Position numbers and translations under genes: made by a program. The notes under the pieces were generated by a model. It worked only from the letters and a program-made list of their open reading frames with translations. It was not told where the DNA came from and searched no databases. DNA of 62,538 nt, the filler included, from Deltaproteobacteria bacterium (GTDB lineage Bacteria; JAUYMQ01), in assembly GCA_030698575.1 (NCBI GenBank). It is 11 parts of 11 records of this genome, joined end to end, with 100 filler letters (N's around TTAATTAATTAA, not from the genome) between each part and the next. Parts side by side here need not be neighbours in the genome. Positions count along the whole stretch, not along the records: positions 1 to 11,767 come from JAUYMQ010000091.1; 10 more parts are not named here. One strand, written 5' to 3'. Shown piece after piece: positions 1 to 7,871 of this stretch. Each line of letters begins with the position of its first letter. The first letter of the stretch is position 1.

Positions 1-342
1 CTCGATCTCACCGGACTGGACGAGGTCGAGCAGCTCCAGCACGCCGCCGGCGGCGAGGAGGGCGATCTCGTAGCTCCGGTCTCTTGCTTAAGTGTCGGGA
101 TCGTTCTTGTTGTTTTTCAGCGTCGCGGTCTGCTTCTCGCTATCGAGCAGCTGCTCGCCGTGGTTGAGCAGGATCTCCTCGGGGATGGCGGCGCGAGGGG
201 GGATCCTGCGAGTGCGGCCAAGGAGGCCGGTCGCTTCCAGGCCAGCGTGCACGGCCTCGAGCCGATCGGGATTCTCCGGATGCGCGTGGGGCGGCCTGTG
301 TTCGAGATAGCGCGGGTCGAGGACGACCCCGGTTCCGGCCAT
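1..342 (-). pseudogene. Histone deacetylase/acetoin-utilization-family protein, 5' part, with in-frame TAA at 88-90 (pseudogene or consensus error)
   Basis: ATG at 342 with GGGAGA RBS. Motifs HPENPDRL, EEILLNH and DPDT; after the TAA the same frame continues ARDRSYEIALLAAGGVLELLDLVQSGEIE, typical of HDAC-family proteins. Runs off the window start. Confidence 0.8.
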
Positions 343-439
343 GAAACCATCTCCCTGCGCGGTCGGCCGCGCCGCCGCCAACCGGGGTGACGCGAACCCG
401 CCTATCCTAGTCGATGAGCGGGCAAGGGGAAAGCGTCCG

Positions 440-469
440 TTGACACCCGCCTCCGCGCCTTCCTATCAT
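440..469 (+). promoter_or_regulatory. Putative sigma70 promoter
   Basis: TTGACA (440-445), 18-bp spacer, TATCAT (464-469), just upstream of the acyltransferase ORF. Confidence 0.6.
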
Positions 470-479
470 CCTTTGCCGG

Positions 480-1556
480 ATGAATCACGGGGGAACTGAA
501 TTGAGCAAGGATGAACGGACCATCGTCGCCGAGCGCGTTGCCGCCCTGGAGAGTCGTGTGAACGGCCTCATGGAGGCTCGCCGCGCCCGCGTAACCGGCG
601 GGAAGCGCGGGGCGCGATCCTCGAGCGCGGGCTCCGCCGAGATCGAGGCGACCCGTGAGCGGCTTGCGAAGGAACTGGCCGGGCTGGCCGCGCGCCTCGA
701 GAAATTCGAGCGGGCCGATGAGGAGCGCGGCCGCAAATCCAAGGACGGCAGCGGGAGCCTGTCGAGTTTCCGCGAGGTCGTCCGGCAGGCCAGGCGGCTC
801 GGCGACGCCGAGGAGATTGACGATTTCGGCCTCGACCGCGGCTTCTTCGAAACGGTCCGGCCGCTCGTCGATCTGCTCTACGATCGTTACTTCCGCGTCG
901 AAGCCGAAGGCGCGAAAGCGAACGTGCCCGCCGAGGGGCCCGCGATTCTCGTGGCGAACCGCGGCGGCCCGGTGGCTTACGACGCGCTGATGATCGCCGA
1001 GGCTGCCAGGCGGGCCCATCCCGGCCGGCGGATTCGCTTCCATGTCGATCCGCACCTTGGCTCCGCGCCCGGCATAGGACCGATCATGGTGCGCCTCGGC
1101 GGCGTCAAGGAGGCCGGGGACAATGCCGAGCGCCTCGTCGAGGAAGGGCAGCTGTTTCTCTTCTTCCCGGAGGGGTTCCGGGGGGCCGTGAAGACGCTCG
1201 GCGAGCGCTATCGGCTCGCCGAGTTCTCGACGGAGTTCGCCGAAGCCGCCGAGCGCCTTGGGGTTCCGGTAATTCCGGTCGCGCTCATCGGGTCGGAAGA
1301 GGCGCAGCCGGTCATCGGGGGTATCACGTTCCTCGCCCGTGCGCTTGGCTGGCCCGCCTTTCCCCTGGCCCCGCTCGGCGTGCTCCCTCTGCCGGTGAAG
1401 TTCAGGATTCGCTTCGGCAAGCCCCTCACACCTTCGGGGGCACGCGGGCGCGCCCTCAAGACCCGTGCGAGGGCCCTTCGACAACGGACGCGCGATTCGG
1501 TTCAGGCGAGTCTCCGAGACCTCCTGGCCAGCCGACGATCCGTCTTTCTCGGCTAG
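480..1556 (+). CDS. Lysophospholipid acyltransferase (PlsC fold, MGAT/DGAT2-like) with N-terminal coiled coil; catalytic His absent
   Basis: DDFGLD...YFRVE, ILVANRGGPVAYD (NH replaced by NR), FFPEG, GVPVIPVALIGSEE, PLPVKFRIRFGKP. Paralogous to the ORFs at 5110 and 6384. Start may be TTG at 501. Confidence 0.85.
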   Translation: MNHGGTELSKDERTIVAERVAALESRVNGLMEARRARVTGGKRGARSSSAGSAEIEATRERLAKELAGLAARLEKFERADEERGRKSKDGSGSLSSFREVVRQARRLGDAEEIDDFGLDRGFFETVRPLVDLLYDRYFRVEAEGAKANVPAEGPAILVANRGGPVAYDALMIAEAARRAHPGRRIRFHVDPHLGSAPGIGPIMVRLGGVKEAGDNAERLVEEGQLFLFFPEGFRGAVKTLGERYRLAEFSTEFAEAAERLGVPVIPVALIGSEEAQPVIGGITFLARALGWPAFPLAPLGVLPLPVKFRIRFGKPLTPSGARGRALKTRARALRQRTRDSVQASLRDLLASRRSVFLG

Positions 1557-1560
1557 GCCT

Positions 1561-2964
1561 TTGAACGATCCCGCGTCCTCAACTTTCCGCCGCTGCCTTC
1601 TCCTTTCAATTTTCGCCGTCCCGATTTATCTCGCGGCGCTTGGAGCGCCGGCGATCCACCGCCACCAGGAGGCACGGGTGGCCGAGGTGGCGCGTGAGAT
1701 GCGGGTTTCAGGCGATGCTCTCATTCCCCGCCTGAACGGCATGCTCCGGCTCAACAAGCCGCCGCTCGTCTACTGGGCCGCCCTGGGAGGGTACGGAATC
1801 TTCGGCGAAGTGAGCGAGCTTGCCGCCAGATTTCCGATGGCGCTCTCGGCGATCGCCTGCATCCTGCTGACCGCGGCTCTGGCCGCGCGCCTGTTCGGCC
1901 CGCGAGCCGGGCTCTTCGCCGGCGCCGTTCTTGCGACCACGCCGCTCTACGTCTCGCTCGGAAGGCGCGCTGAGACCGACGTGCCGATGACCCTCTTCAT
2001 CGTTCTGGCGATGTACGCCTTCGAGCGCGCGTTCCGCGAAAAACAGGCCGGCTGGCGATGGCTGTTCTTCGCGGCGATGGGCCTCTCCTTCATGTGCAAG
2101 GGCGTGCCCGGCGTGGTGGTCCCCCTGCTCGCGGCGATCCTCTACCTGTTGTGGGAAGGGCGCGCGCGTGAGCCGCTTCGTCTTTCCTTCCTGGGCGGTC
2201 TCCTCCTGACCGCGCTCATCATTGCGCCCTGGTACGCACTCGTCTGGGCGACTTTTCCCGACGCGGGGGAAGTCTTTCGGTTCGAGACCCTGCACCGCCT
2301 CGGCGCGGACGCGCCGCACGCCAATCCGTTTTATTTCTACTTCTACGTGACGCCGATCCAGGTCCTTCCCTGGAGCCTGGCGATCCCCCTCGTCTGGACG
2401 GCCCTGCGCGGCGACGAAAAAGCGCGCCGCGCCGCGCGGCTTCCGGCCGCATGGCTCGCGGGGGGGCTCGTGTTTCTGACGCTTCTCGAAACCAAGCAGC
2501 CGCACTATCTGGTCCCTCTTCTGCCCGCCATCGCCATTCTCATCGGCGCCGGCATCGACCGGGCTCTTGCCTCGGCGCGCTGGCCCTGGCTTACGGGCCG
2601 GCTTCTGGCTCGCTTCACGGCGGTGTTTTCTCTCGGCATCGTTCTTTTCGCCTTTTTCTTCGAGGCGCGGTTCGTCGAACGCGACTCCCCCCGGGGCGTC
2701 TGCGGCCGGGTGCTCGATGAGGTGGGCGAGCGGCCGCTCATCTACTACCGCTTCGACGATTCGGCTTGCACCTTCTATCTTAAGCGGACGGTTCACGTAG
2801 CCGCCGACGAGGCGCTTCTCATGAAGGCGCTTCAGCGCACGCCGGGCGCCCACGTGTTCACCCGCGAGGAGTACGCTGCGGGGCTGGAGCTCCCGAGCCA
2901 TCGGATCCTCTGGACGAGCGACGACTACAAGCGGCGGATGGTTCTTCTCGGTCCGCGCGGTTGA
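1561..2964 (+). CDS. ArnT/GT39-like (GT-C) integral membrane glycosyltransferase
   Basis: EARVAEVAREM...PRLNG...NKPPLVYW, MCKGVPG, KQPHYLVPLLP, many TM helices; probable TTG start at 1561. Confidence 0.85.
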   Translation: MNDPASSTFRRCLLLSIFAVPIYLAALGAPAIHRHQEARVAEVAREMRVSGDALIPRLNGMLRLNKPPLVYWAALGGYGIFGEVSELAARFPMALSAIACILLTAALAARLFGPRAGLFAGAVLATTPLYVSLGRRAETDVPMTLFIVLAMYAFERAFREKQAGWRWLFFAAMGLSFMCKGVPGVVVPLLAAILYLLWEGRAREPLRLSFLGGLLLTALIIAPWYALVWATFPDAGEVFRFETLHRLGADAPHANPFYFYFYVTPIQVLPWSLAIPLVWTALRGDEKARRAARLPAAWLAGGLVFLTLLETKQPHYLVPLLPAIAILIGAGIDRALASARWPWLTGRLLARFTAVFSLGIVLFAFFFEARFVERDSPRGVCGRVLDEVGERPLIYYRFDDSACTFYLKRTVHVAADEALLMKALQRTPGAHVFTREEYAAGLELPSHRILWTSDDYKRRMVLLGPRG

Positions 2965-3022
2965 GGGGCGAGGGCGCGGTGACACGACACCGCTCTTGCG
3001 GTCCGGCCGCGGCCTTCGCCGA

Positions 3023-3051
3023 TTGACACCCCGGGGCTTTTAAATTAATCT
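3023..3051 (+). promoter_or_regulatory. Putative sigma70 promoter of the SDR-parA-acyltransferase operon
   Basis: TTGACA (3023-3028), 17-bp spacer, TAATCT (3046-3051), in an AT-rich patch. Confidence 0.65.
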
Positions 3052-3282
3052 GCGACGTATCTAAAAGTTCAATGAATTTCAGAACCTAGGGCGGTTCCGG
3101 CGCATTCCGAAGGCGCCATCCGAGGGAGGCCGCCGGGCCGCGCCACGACGGAGCCGCGCGCGGAGCACCCGCAAGTCCGGTCACGACAGCTAGCCAGACA
3201 GTTTGCAGATACCCGGGTCGAGGCCCCGCGGGGCGGAGCATATCGCCCGGCGGCCCTGGTTCCCGATCTTGGAGCGTGTGCC

Positions 3283-4314
3283 ATGGAGAAGGAGAGCAGC
3301 AAGGGCGGGCGCGCGAAGCGGAGGCGCGGCGCTGAAGCCCGCGAGGGCGGCGCCCTGGCCCTGACGGGCGCCTCGGGATTCATCGGGTCGCGCATTCTCG
3401 GCCGGCTCGTCGAAAGCGCGGACGATCGCCCCATCCTCGTGATCGACAATCAGAAGCCGCCGGTCGAGCACCGGCGCATACGCTTCTTTCGGGTCGACTT
3501 CACTGAGCCGACCGCCGACGCGACGCTGGCCGCCATCCTGAAGAAGGAAGGGTGCGACACGTTCATCCACACTTCCTACCTGTCGAACCCGACTCACGAC
3601 CAGGCCTACGCGCATGAGCTCGAGGCAATCGGCACCATGCACGTGCTGCACGCCGCCAGCGAAGCCGGGATCCGAAAGCTGATCGTCGCAGGCACGACGA
3701 TGTCCTACGGCGCGCTTCCGTCCAATCCGAATTTCCTGACCGAGGAGCACCCCCTGCGGGCGAACAGTCGTGTCGCCTCGCTGCGCGATCGCGTCGAGGC
3801 CGAGCAGGAAGTCGCGCGCTTCTCGCGGAAGAACCCGGACACCATCGTCACGGTCCTCCGGTGCTGCTGGATCATGGGACCGACGGTGAGCGGCTTTGTC
3901 ACCACCTTTTTCAGCCGCTCCGTGGTGCCGACGCTCCTCGGATATGATCCGCTGCTCCAGTTCATTCACGAGGAGGACGCGGTCGATGCCTACGAGCGCG
4001 CGGTGATCCACGATTTCCGGGGGGCCTACAACATCGTGGGACGCGGCGTTCTGCCGCTCAGCACGCTGCTCAAGCTCGCAGGCAAGCCATCGATTCCCAT
4101 CCTGCACTTCGCGGCCTATCCCTTTGCCGAAGCGCTCTGGATGAGCCAGCTCAGCGAGGCGCCGGGACCCTACCTGGATTACCTCCGGTATCTCTGGGTG
4201 GCCGACGGGGACAAGGCGCGCATCGAGATGGGATTCGAGCCGAAGTACTCAACGAAAGAAGCCTGGATGAGTTTCGTGGGGGGCCGGAGGCTGCGCAAGT
4301 ATCAGAACCGCTGA
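3283..4314 (+). CDS. Extended SDR / NAD-dependent epimerase-dehydratase family protein (Rv0501-like)
   Basis: TGASGFIG Rossmann motif, LGYDPLLQFIHEEDAV, GAYNIVG; this family is typically found next to Rv0502-like acyltransferases. Confidence 0.85.
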   Translation: MEKESSKGGRAKRRRGAEAREGGALALTGASGFIGSRILGRLVESADDRPILVIDNQKPPVEHRRIRFFRVDFTEPTADATLAAILKKEGCDTFIHTSYLSNPTHDQAYAHELEAIGTMHVLHAASEAGIRKLIVAGTTMSYGALPSNPNFLTEEHPLRANSRVASLRDRVEAEQEVARFSRKNPDTIVTVLRCCWIMGPTVSGFVTTFFSRSVVPTLLGYDPLLQFIHEEDAVDAYERAVIHDFRGAYNIVGRGVLPLSTLLKLAGKPSIPILHFAAYPFAEALWMSQLSEAPGPYLDYLRYLWVADGDKARIEMGFEPKYSTKEAWMSFVGGRRLRKYQNR

Positions 4315-4354
4315 CGGCATTGGGGGGTGCCGTGGCTGCGGTTCCAGGGAGCCC

Positions 4355-5128
4355 ATGGTGCGCCGGATCGCCTTCATCAACGAGAAGGGCGGGAGCTGCA
4401 AGACCACGCTCGCCGTGAACCTTGGCGCGTTCTACGCCCACTACCGGCGCAAGCGCGTCCTGATCGTCGACATGGATCCCCAGGGACAGGTCGGCAAAGC
4501 GCTCGGCTTCGAGGTAAAAAGCCTCGACCAGACGATCCTCGATCTGCTCGAAGATCCGGATCGGCCCGTCCAGGAATTCATCCGTTCGTCCCGGGTGTCC
4601 AGCCTCGACATCATTCCGGCCAACAAGCGGCTGGCGGAGTACGCCTCGACGGCGGGCTCCCTTCCCGATCACCCGCACCGCCTGGCCCGCGCGCTGCGCC
4701 AGCTCGAGGGGTACGACTACCTGCTCTTCGATTCACCCCCGTCCCTGGGCGTGAGCATCCTCAACATCATGCTCGCCACCGAGGAGATCGTCATACCGGT
4801 ATCGCTCACCTACTTCGCGCTGGACGGCTGCGCGGAGATTCTCGACACAGTGGGACGGGTGCGGGAGCGCTACGGGAACGAGGCGCTGCGGGTGAGCCTG
4901 GTGGTGCCCGCCCTCTACCGGCGGACCCGGCTGGCCGATGCTATTCTCGAACGGCTCCGGGAGCACTTCCCCGACAATCTCTCGCAGACCGTCGTGGGCT
5001 ATGACGTGAAGGTGGACGAGGCGCAGAGTCACGGGCAGACTATCTGGGAGTACGCACCCACGAGCCGGGGCGCGGAGTTGTTCGCGCGCCTGGCGATGGA
5101 GCTGGAACGTTGGCCGGCGGCCCGCTAG
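4355..5128 (+). CDS. Orphan ParA/Soj-family ATPase
   Basis: NEKGGSCKTT deviant Walker A, VDMDPQG, FDSPPSLG, EAQSHGQTIWEY; no parB or parS nearby. Confidence 0.92.
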   Translation: MVRRIAFINEKGGSCKTTLAVNLGAFYAHYRRKRVLIVDMDPQGQVGKALGFEVKSLDQTILDLLEDPDRPVQEFIRSSRVSSLDIIPANKRLAEYASTAGSLPDHPHRLARALRQLEGYDYLLFDSPPSLGVSILNIMLATEEIVIPVSLTYFALDGCAEILDTVGRVRERYGNEALRVSLVVPALYRRTRLADAILERLREHFPDNLSQTVVGYDVKVDEAQSHGQTIWEYAPTSRGAELFARLAMELERWPAAR

Positions 5129-6363
5129 GAAACGATCCCCTCTCACGTTTGAGCACACCGGGCGAGCCCGCCCGGCGGGAGGCCACCGTGCGTCTGCTTC
5201 CCCGGCGCGAGTCCCCTCCCGGCGGCGAATCAGCCATGGGGAAGACGCCCGCGGAGGCGGGATCGGGTCGCGGCGGCGGCCCCGATCTGGAGGCCCTTGA
5301 ACGGCGCTTGGCCGAGATCGAGCGGCGACTCGACGATGAGCTGGCCGGACTGCGCCGCGGGGCGGTGCGGAGATCGAATCCGCCCGCCGAGCGCGAAGAT
5401 ATCGTCGGCGCCATCCGCGATTTCGACGATCGCCTGGTTGAGATAGCGAACCGGACCTCGCACCTGGCGAGAGGACAGCGCCGCGGGCTGTTCCGTGGCG
5501 CCCGGAACGTGGCCAAGCTGGCGGGCGAGCTGGTCACGCCGGACTACTACTCGCGGAAGCTCGCCGAGTTCGGCCTTCGAGATCGCTCGGTTCGGGTGGA
5601 CGAATTCGGGATGGATCCCGCCTACCGGGCGAGCATCCGCCCCTTCATGGAATTTCTCTTCAGGCGGTGGTGGCGGGTGCGCATCGAGGGAATCTCGAAC
5701 ATCCCCGAGCGAGGCGCCGCACTCCTTGTGGGCAATCATGCGGGCGTGATTCCCTACGACGCCGCCATGGTCTCTTTCGGCGTCGAGATGCGGCATCCTG
5801 CCAGGCGTCGCGTCCGGTTCCTCATAGAAGACTGGTTTTCGACCCTCCCCTTCGCCAGCCCGCTCATCGCGCGCGCGGGAGCGGTGCGAGCCAACCGTGA
5901 GAACGCCGAGCGGCTCCTCCGGACGGGACATCTTGTCGGCGCCTTTCCCGAAGGGACGAAGGGCTCGCTCAAGTACTACAAGGATCGCTACAAGGTTCAG
6001 CGCTTCGGACGGGGAGGCTCGGTGCGGCTGGCAATGCGGACGGGGGTGCCCATTATTCCCTTCGCGGTGGTGGGCTCCGAGGAGATCTATCCGGTGCTCG
6101 CGAAGGCCAATCTGCTTGCGCGCGCCGTCGGGCTCGGAGAGCTGCCGATCGCGGCGAACACGCTGCTGGGCCCGCTGGGCCTCATTCCGCTCCCCTCGAA
6201 GTGGATCATCCGCATCGGCAAGCCGATTGATGTGGCTCGCCGCGGCGCCCGGGGAGCCGAGAACGATATCCTGGTGAACAAGATTGCCAATGAACTGAGA
6301 GAGAACGTGCAGGAGATGGTCGACGACCTTCTCACCAGGCGAAAGAGCGCCTGGCGCGGTTAA
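5110..6363 (+). CDS. Lysophospholipid acyltransferase (MGAT/DGAT2-like) with N-terminal LGNDPL peptide and coiled coil
   Basis: TTG start overlaps the parA 3' end, with GGAG RBS at 5098-5101; GNHAGVIPYD, FPEG, RFGRGG, GSEE. Confidence 0.88.
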   Translation: MAGGPLGNDPLSRLSTPGEPARREATVRLLPRRESPPGGESAMGKTPAEAGSGRGGGPDLEALERRLAEIERRLDDELAGLRRGAVRRSNPPAEREDIVGAIRDFDDRLVEIANRTSHLARGQRRGLFRGARNVAKLAGELVTPDYYSRKLAEFGLRDRSVRVDEFGMDPAYRASIRPFMEFLFRRWWRVRIEGISNIPERGAALLVGNHAGVIPYDAAMVSFGVEMRHPARRRVRFLIEDWFSTLPFASPLIARAGAVRANRENAERLLRTGHLVGAFPEGTKGSLKYYKDRYKVQRFGRGGSVRLAMRTGVPIIPFAVVGSEEIYPVLAKANLLARAVGLGELPIAANTLLGPLGLIPLPSKWIIRIGKPIDVARRGARGAENDILVNKIANELRENVQEMVDDLLTRRKSAWRG

Positions 6364-6383
6364 CCTCGGGCAGGGACAAGGTT

Positions 6384-7613
6384 ATGGCCAAGTCGGTTCT
6401 GGGCTCCGATCCTCTGGCGCGCATGAAGGCGCGATCGCCGAAGCTCATCGATGAGGTGGCGGGGGAGCGCCCTGGAAATGAAGCGCCGGAAGCCGAGGGG
6501 CTGCCCGCGGAGATCTTCGAGCGCGCCGTCGACGATCGCATCGCGACCTTCGAGAGGCGCATCAAGGCCAAGCTCAACCGCTTCGATTCGGAGATCGAGG
6601 AGGAAATCGGCCAGGCGCGCAATCTCGATCCGACCCTCGAGCGCCGTCTCGGCGAAGCGCTCCATCGGATCGAAGGCCGCTTCCAGAAGCTCGGCTCGCT
6701 CGTCGGCGAGCTCGAGGAGGAAGAGCGCCAGGGGCTGCTGGAATCGATCATCGCCTTCGGCGACGCGTTCGAACGCGCCTTCCGGCTCGACACCTACCGC
6801 CACTACCTGAACAACTTCGGAATGCGCGACAGGAATTACGACGTCGACGAATTCGGCGTGGAGGTGGATGCGCACGCGTCGATCCAGCCCCTCGTGGAGT
6901 TCCTGTTCCACAAGTGGTGGCGCGTCGAGGTCGAAGGTATCGAGAACATCCCGGACGAGGGAGCCGCGCTGCTCGTGGCGAACCACGCGGGGGTGCTCCC
7001 CTATGACGGCGCGATGATCACTTACGCCGTGGAGCATCTGCATCCCGCGAGGCGGCGCGCGCGGTTCCTCGCCGAGGACTGGTCGGCCGAGATCCCATTC
7101 GCGACAAGCCTCGTCACCCGGCTGGGTGGGGTGCGCGGCAGCCGTGAGAACGCCGAGAGGATACTGCGCGCAGGCGAGCTGGTGACGGTATTCCCCGAGG
7201 GCGTGAAGGGGTCGGGGAAGTACTATCACGAGCGTTACCGGCTACAGCGGTTCGGGCGCGGCGGGTTCGTGCGGATGTGCCTCGAGACGGGCGCCGCCAT
7301 CATCCCCGTCGCCGTTCTGGGGGCAGAGGAGGCCCACCCCGTGCTCTACAAGGTGAACTGGCTCGCGAACCTACTTCGCGTTCCGTTCTTCCCCGTGAGC
7401 CCGACCTTCCCGTTGCTCGGGCCGCTGGGCCTGATCCCGCTCCCCGCGAAATGGACCATCGTATTCGGGGAGCCGATCACGCTCGAGAAGCACGGCCCGA
7501 CCGACGGGACAAACGATTTTCTGGTGAGCCAGCTGAAGGAGCGCGTCCGGAACGCCATCCAGCAGATGCTCAATGAGCGGCTCGCCGAGCGCCGGTCCAC
7601 CTGGCTCGGATGA
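6384..7613 (+). CDS. Lysophospholipid acyltransferase (MGAT/DGAT2-like) with N-terminal LGSDPL peptide and coiled coil
   Basis: ANHAGVLPYD, FPEG, RFGRGG, GAEE; acidic helical N-terminal region. Confidence 0.9.
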   Translation: MAKSVLGSDPLARMKARSPKLIDEVAGERPGNEAPEAEGLPAEIFERAVDDRIATFERRIKAKLNRFDSEIEEEIGQARNLDPTLERRLGEALHRIEGRFQKLGSLVGELEEEERQGLLESIIAFGDAFERAFRLDTYRHYLNNFGMRDRNYDVDEFGVEVDAHASIQPLVEFLFHKWWRVEVEGIENIPDEGAALLVANHAGVLPYDGAMITYAVEHLHPARRRARFLAEDWSAEIPFATSLVTRLGGVRGSRENAERILRAGELVTVFPEGVKGSGKYYHERYRLQRFGRGGFVRMCLETGAAIIPVAVLGAEEAHPVLYKVNWLANLLRVPFFPVSPTFPLLGPLGLIPLPAKWTIVFGEPITLEKHGPTDGTNDFLVSQLKERVRNAIQQMLNERLAERRSTWLG

Positions 7614-7743
7614 TCCCGCCGGCCGGTCTGCCAACCAGGAAGTGATACCTCTGGTTACACGATCTGGGCAAAAAACTTCCCATTTCGTTTGTGAAGAACT
7701 TGCACTGGCCGCGATTCTGTTGATTTGGCGGGCCACCCCGGCG

Positions 7744-7759
7744 TGGCCTGAAAATTGCA
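7744..7759 (+). promoter_or_regulatory. Putative sigma54 (-24/-12) promoter
   Basis: TGGCCTGAAAATTGCA with GG at 7745-7746 and GC at 7757-7758 (exact 12-bp spacing); AT-rich upstream region. Confidence 0.6.
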
Positions 7760-7871
7760 CTGTTTAGCTTGGCTTCGTCTGTCGTGAGGGGAAGTCGGCC
7801 ATCGAGAGGGGCCGTTTCACCGGCTGGTGGGTCCGGCCGCCAGGGCGCCGGGGGGCGATCAGGGAGCTTCC

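Noticed and set aside
88-120. DGR template repeat or stop-codon recoding in the HDAC gene
   Set aside because: No reverse transcriptase or cognate variable repeat in view; TAA terminates other genes on the same contig; sequencing error is simpler
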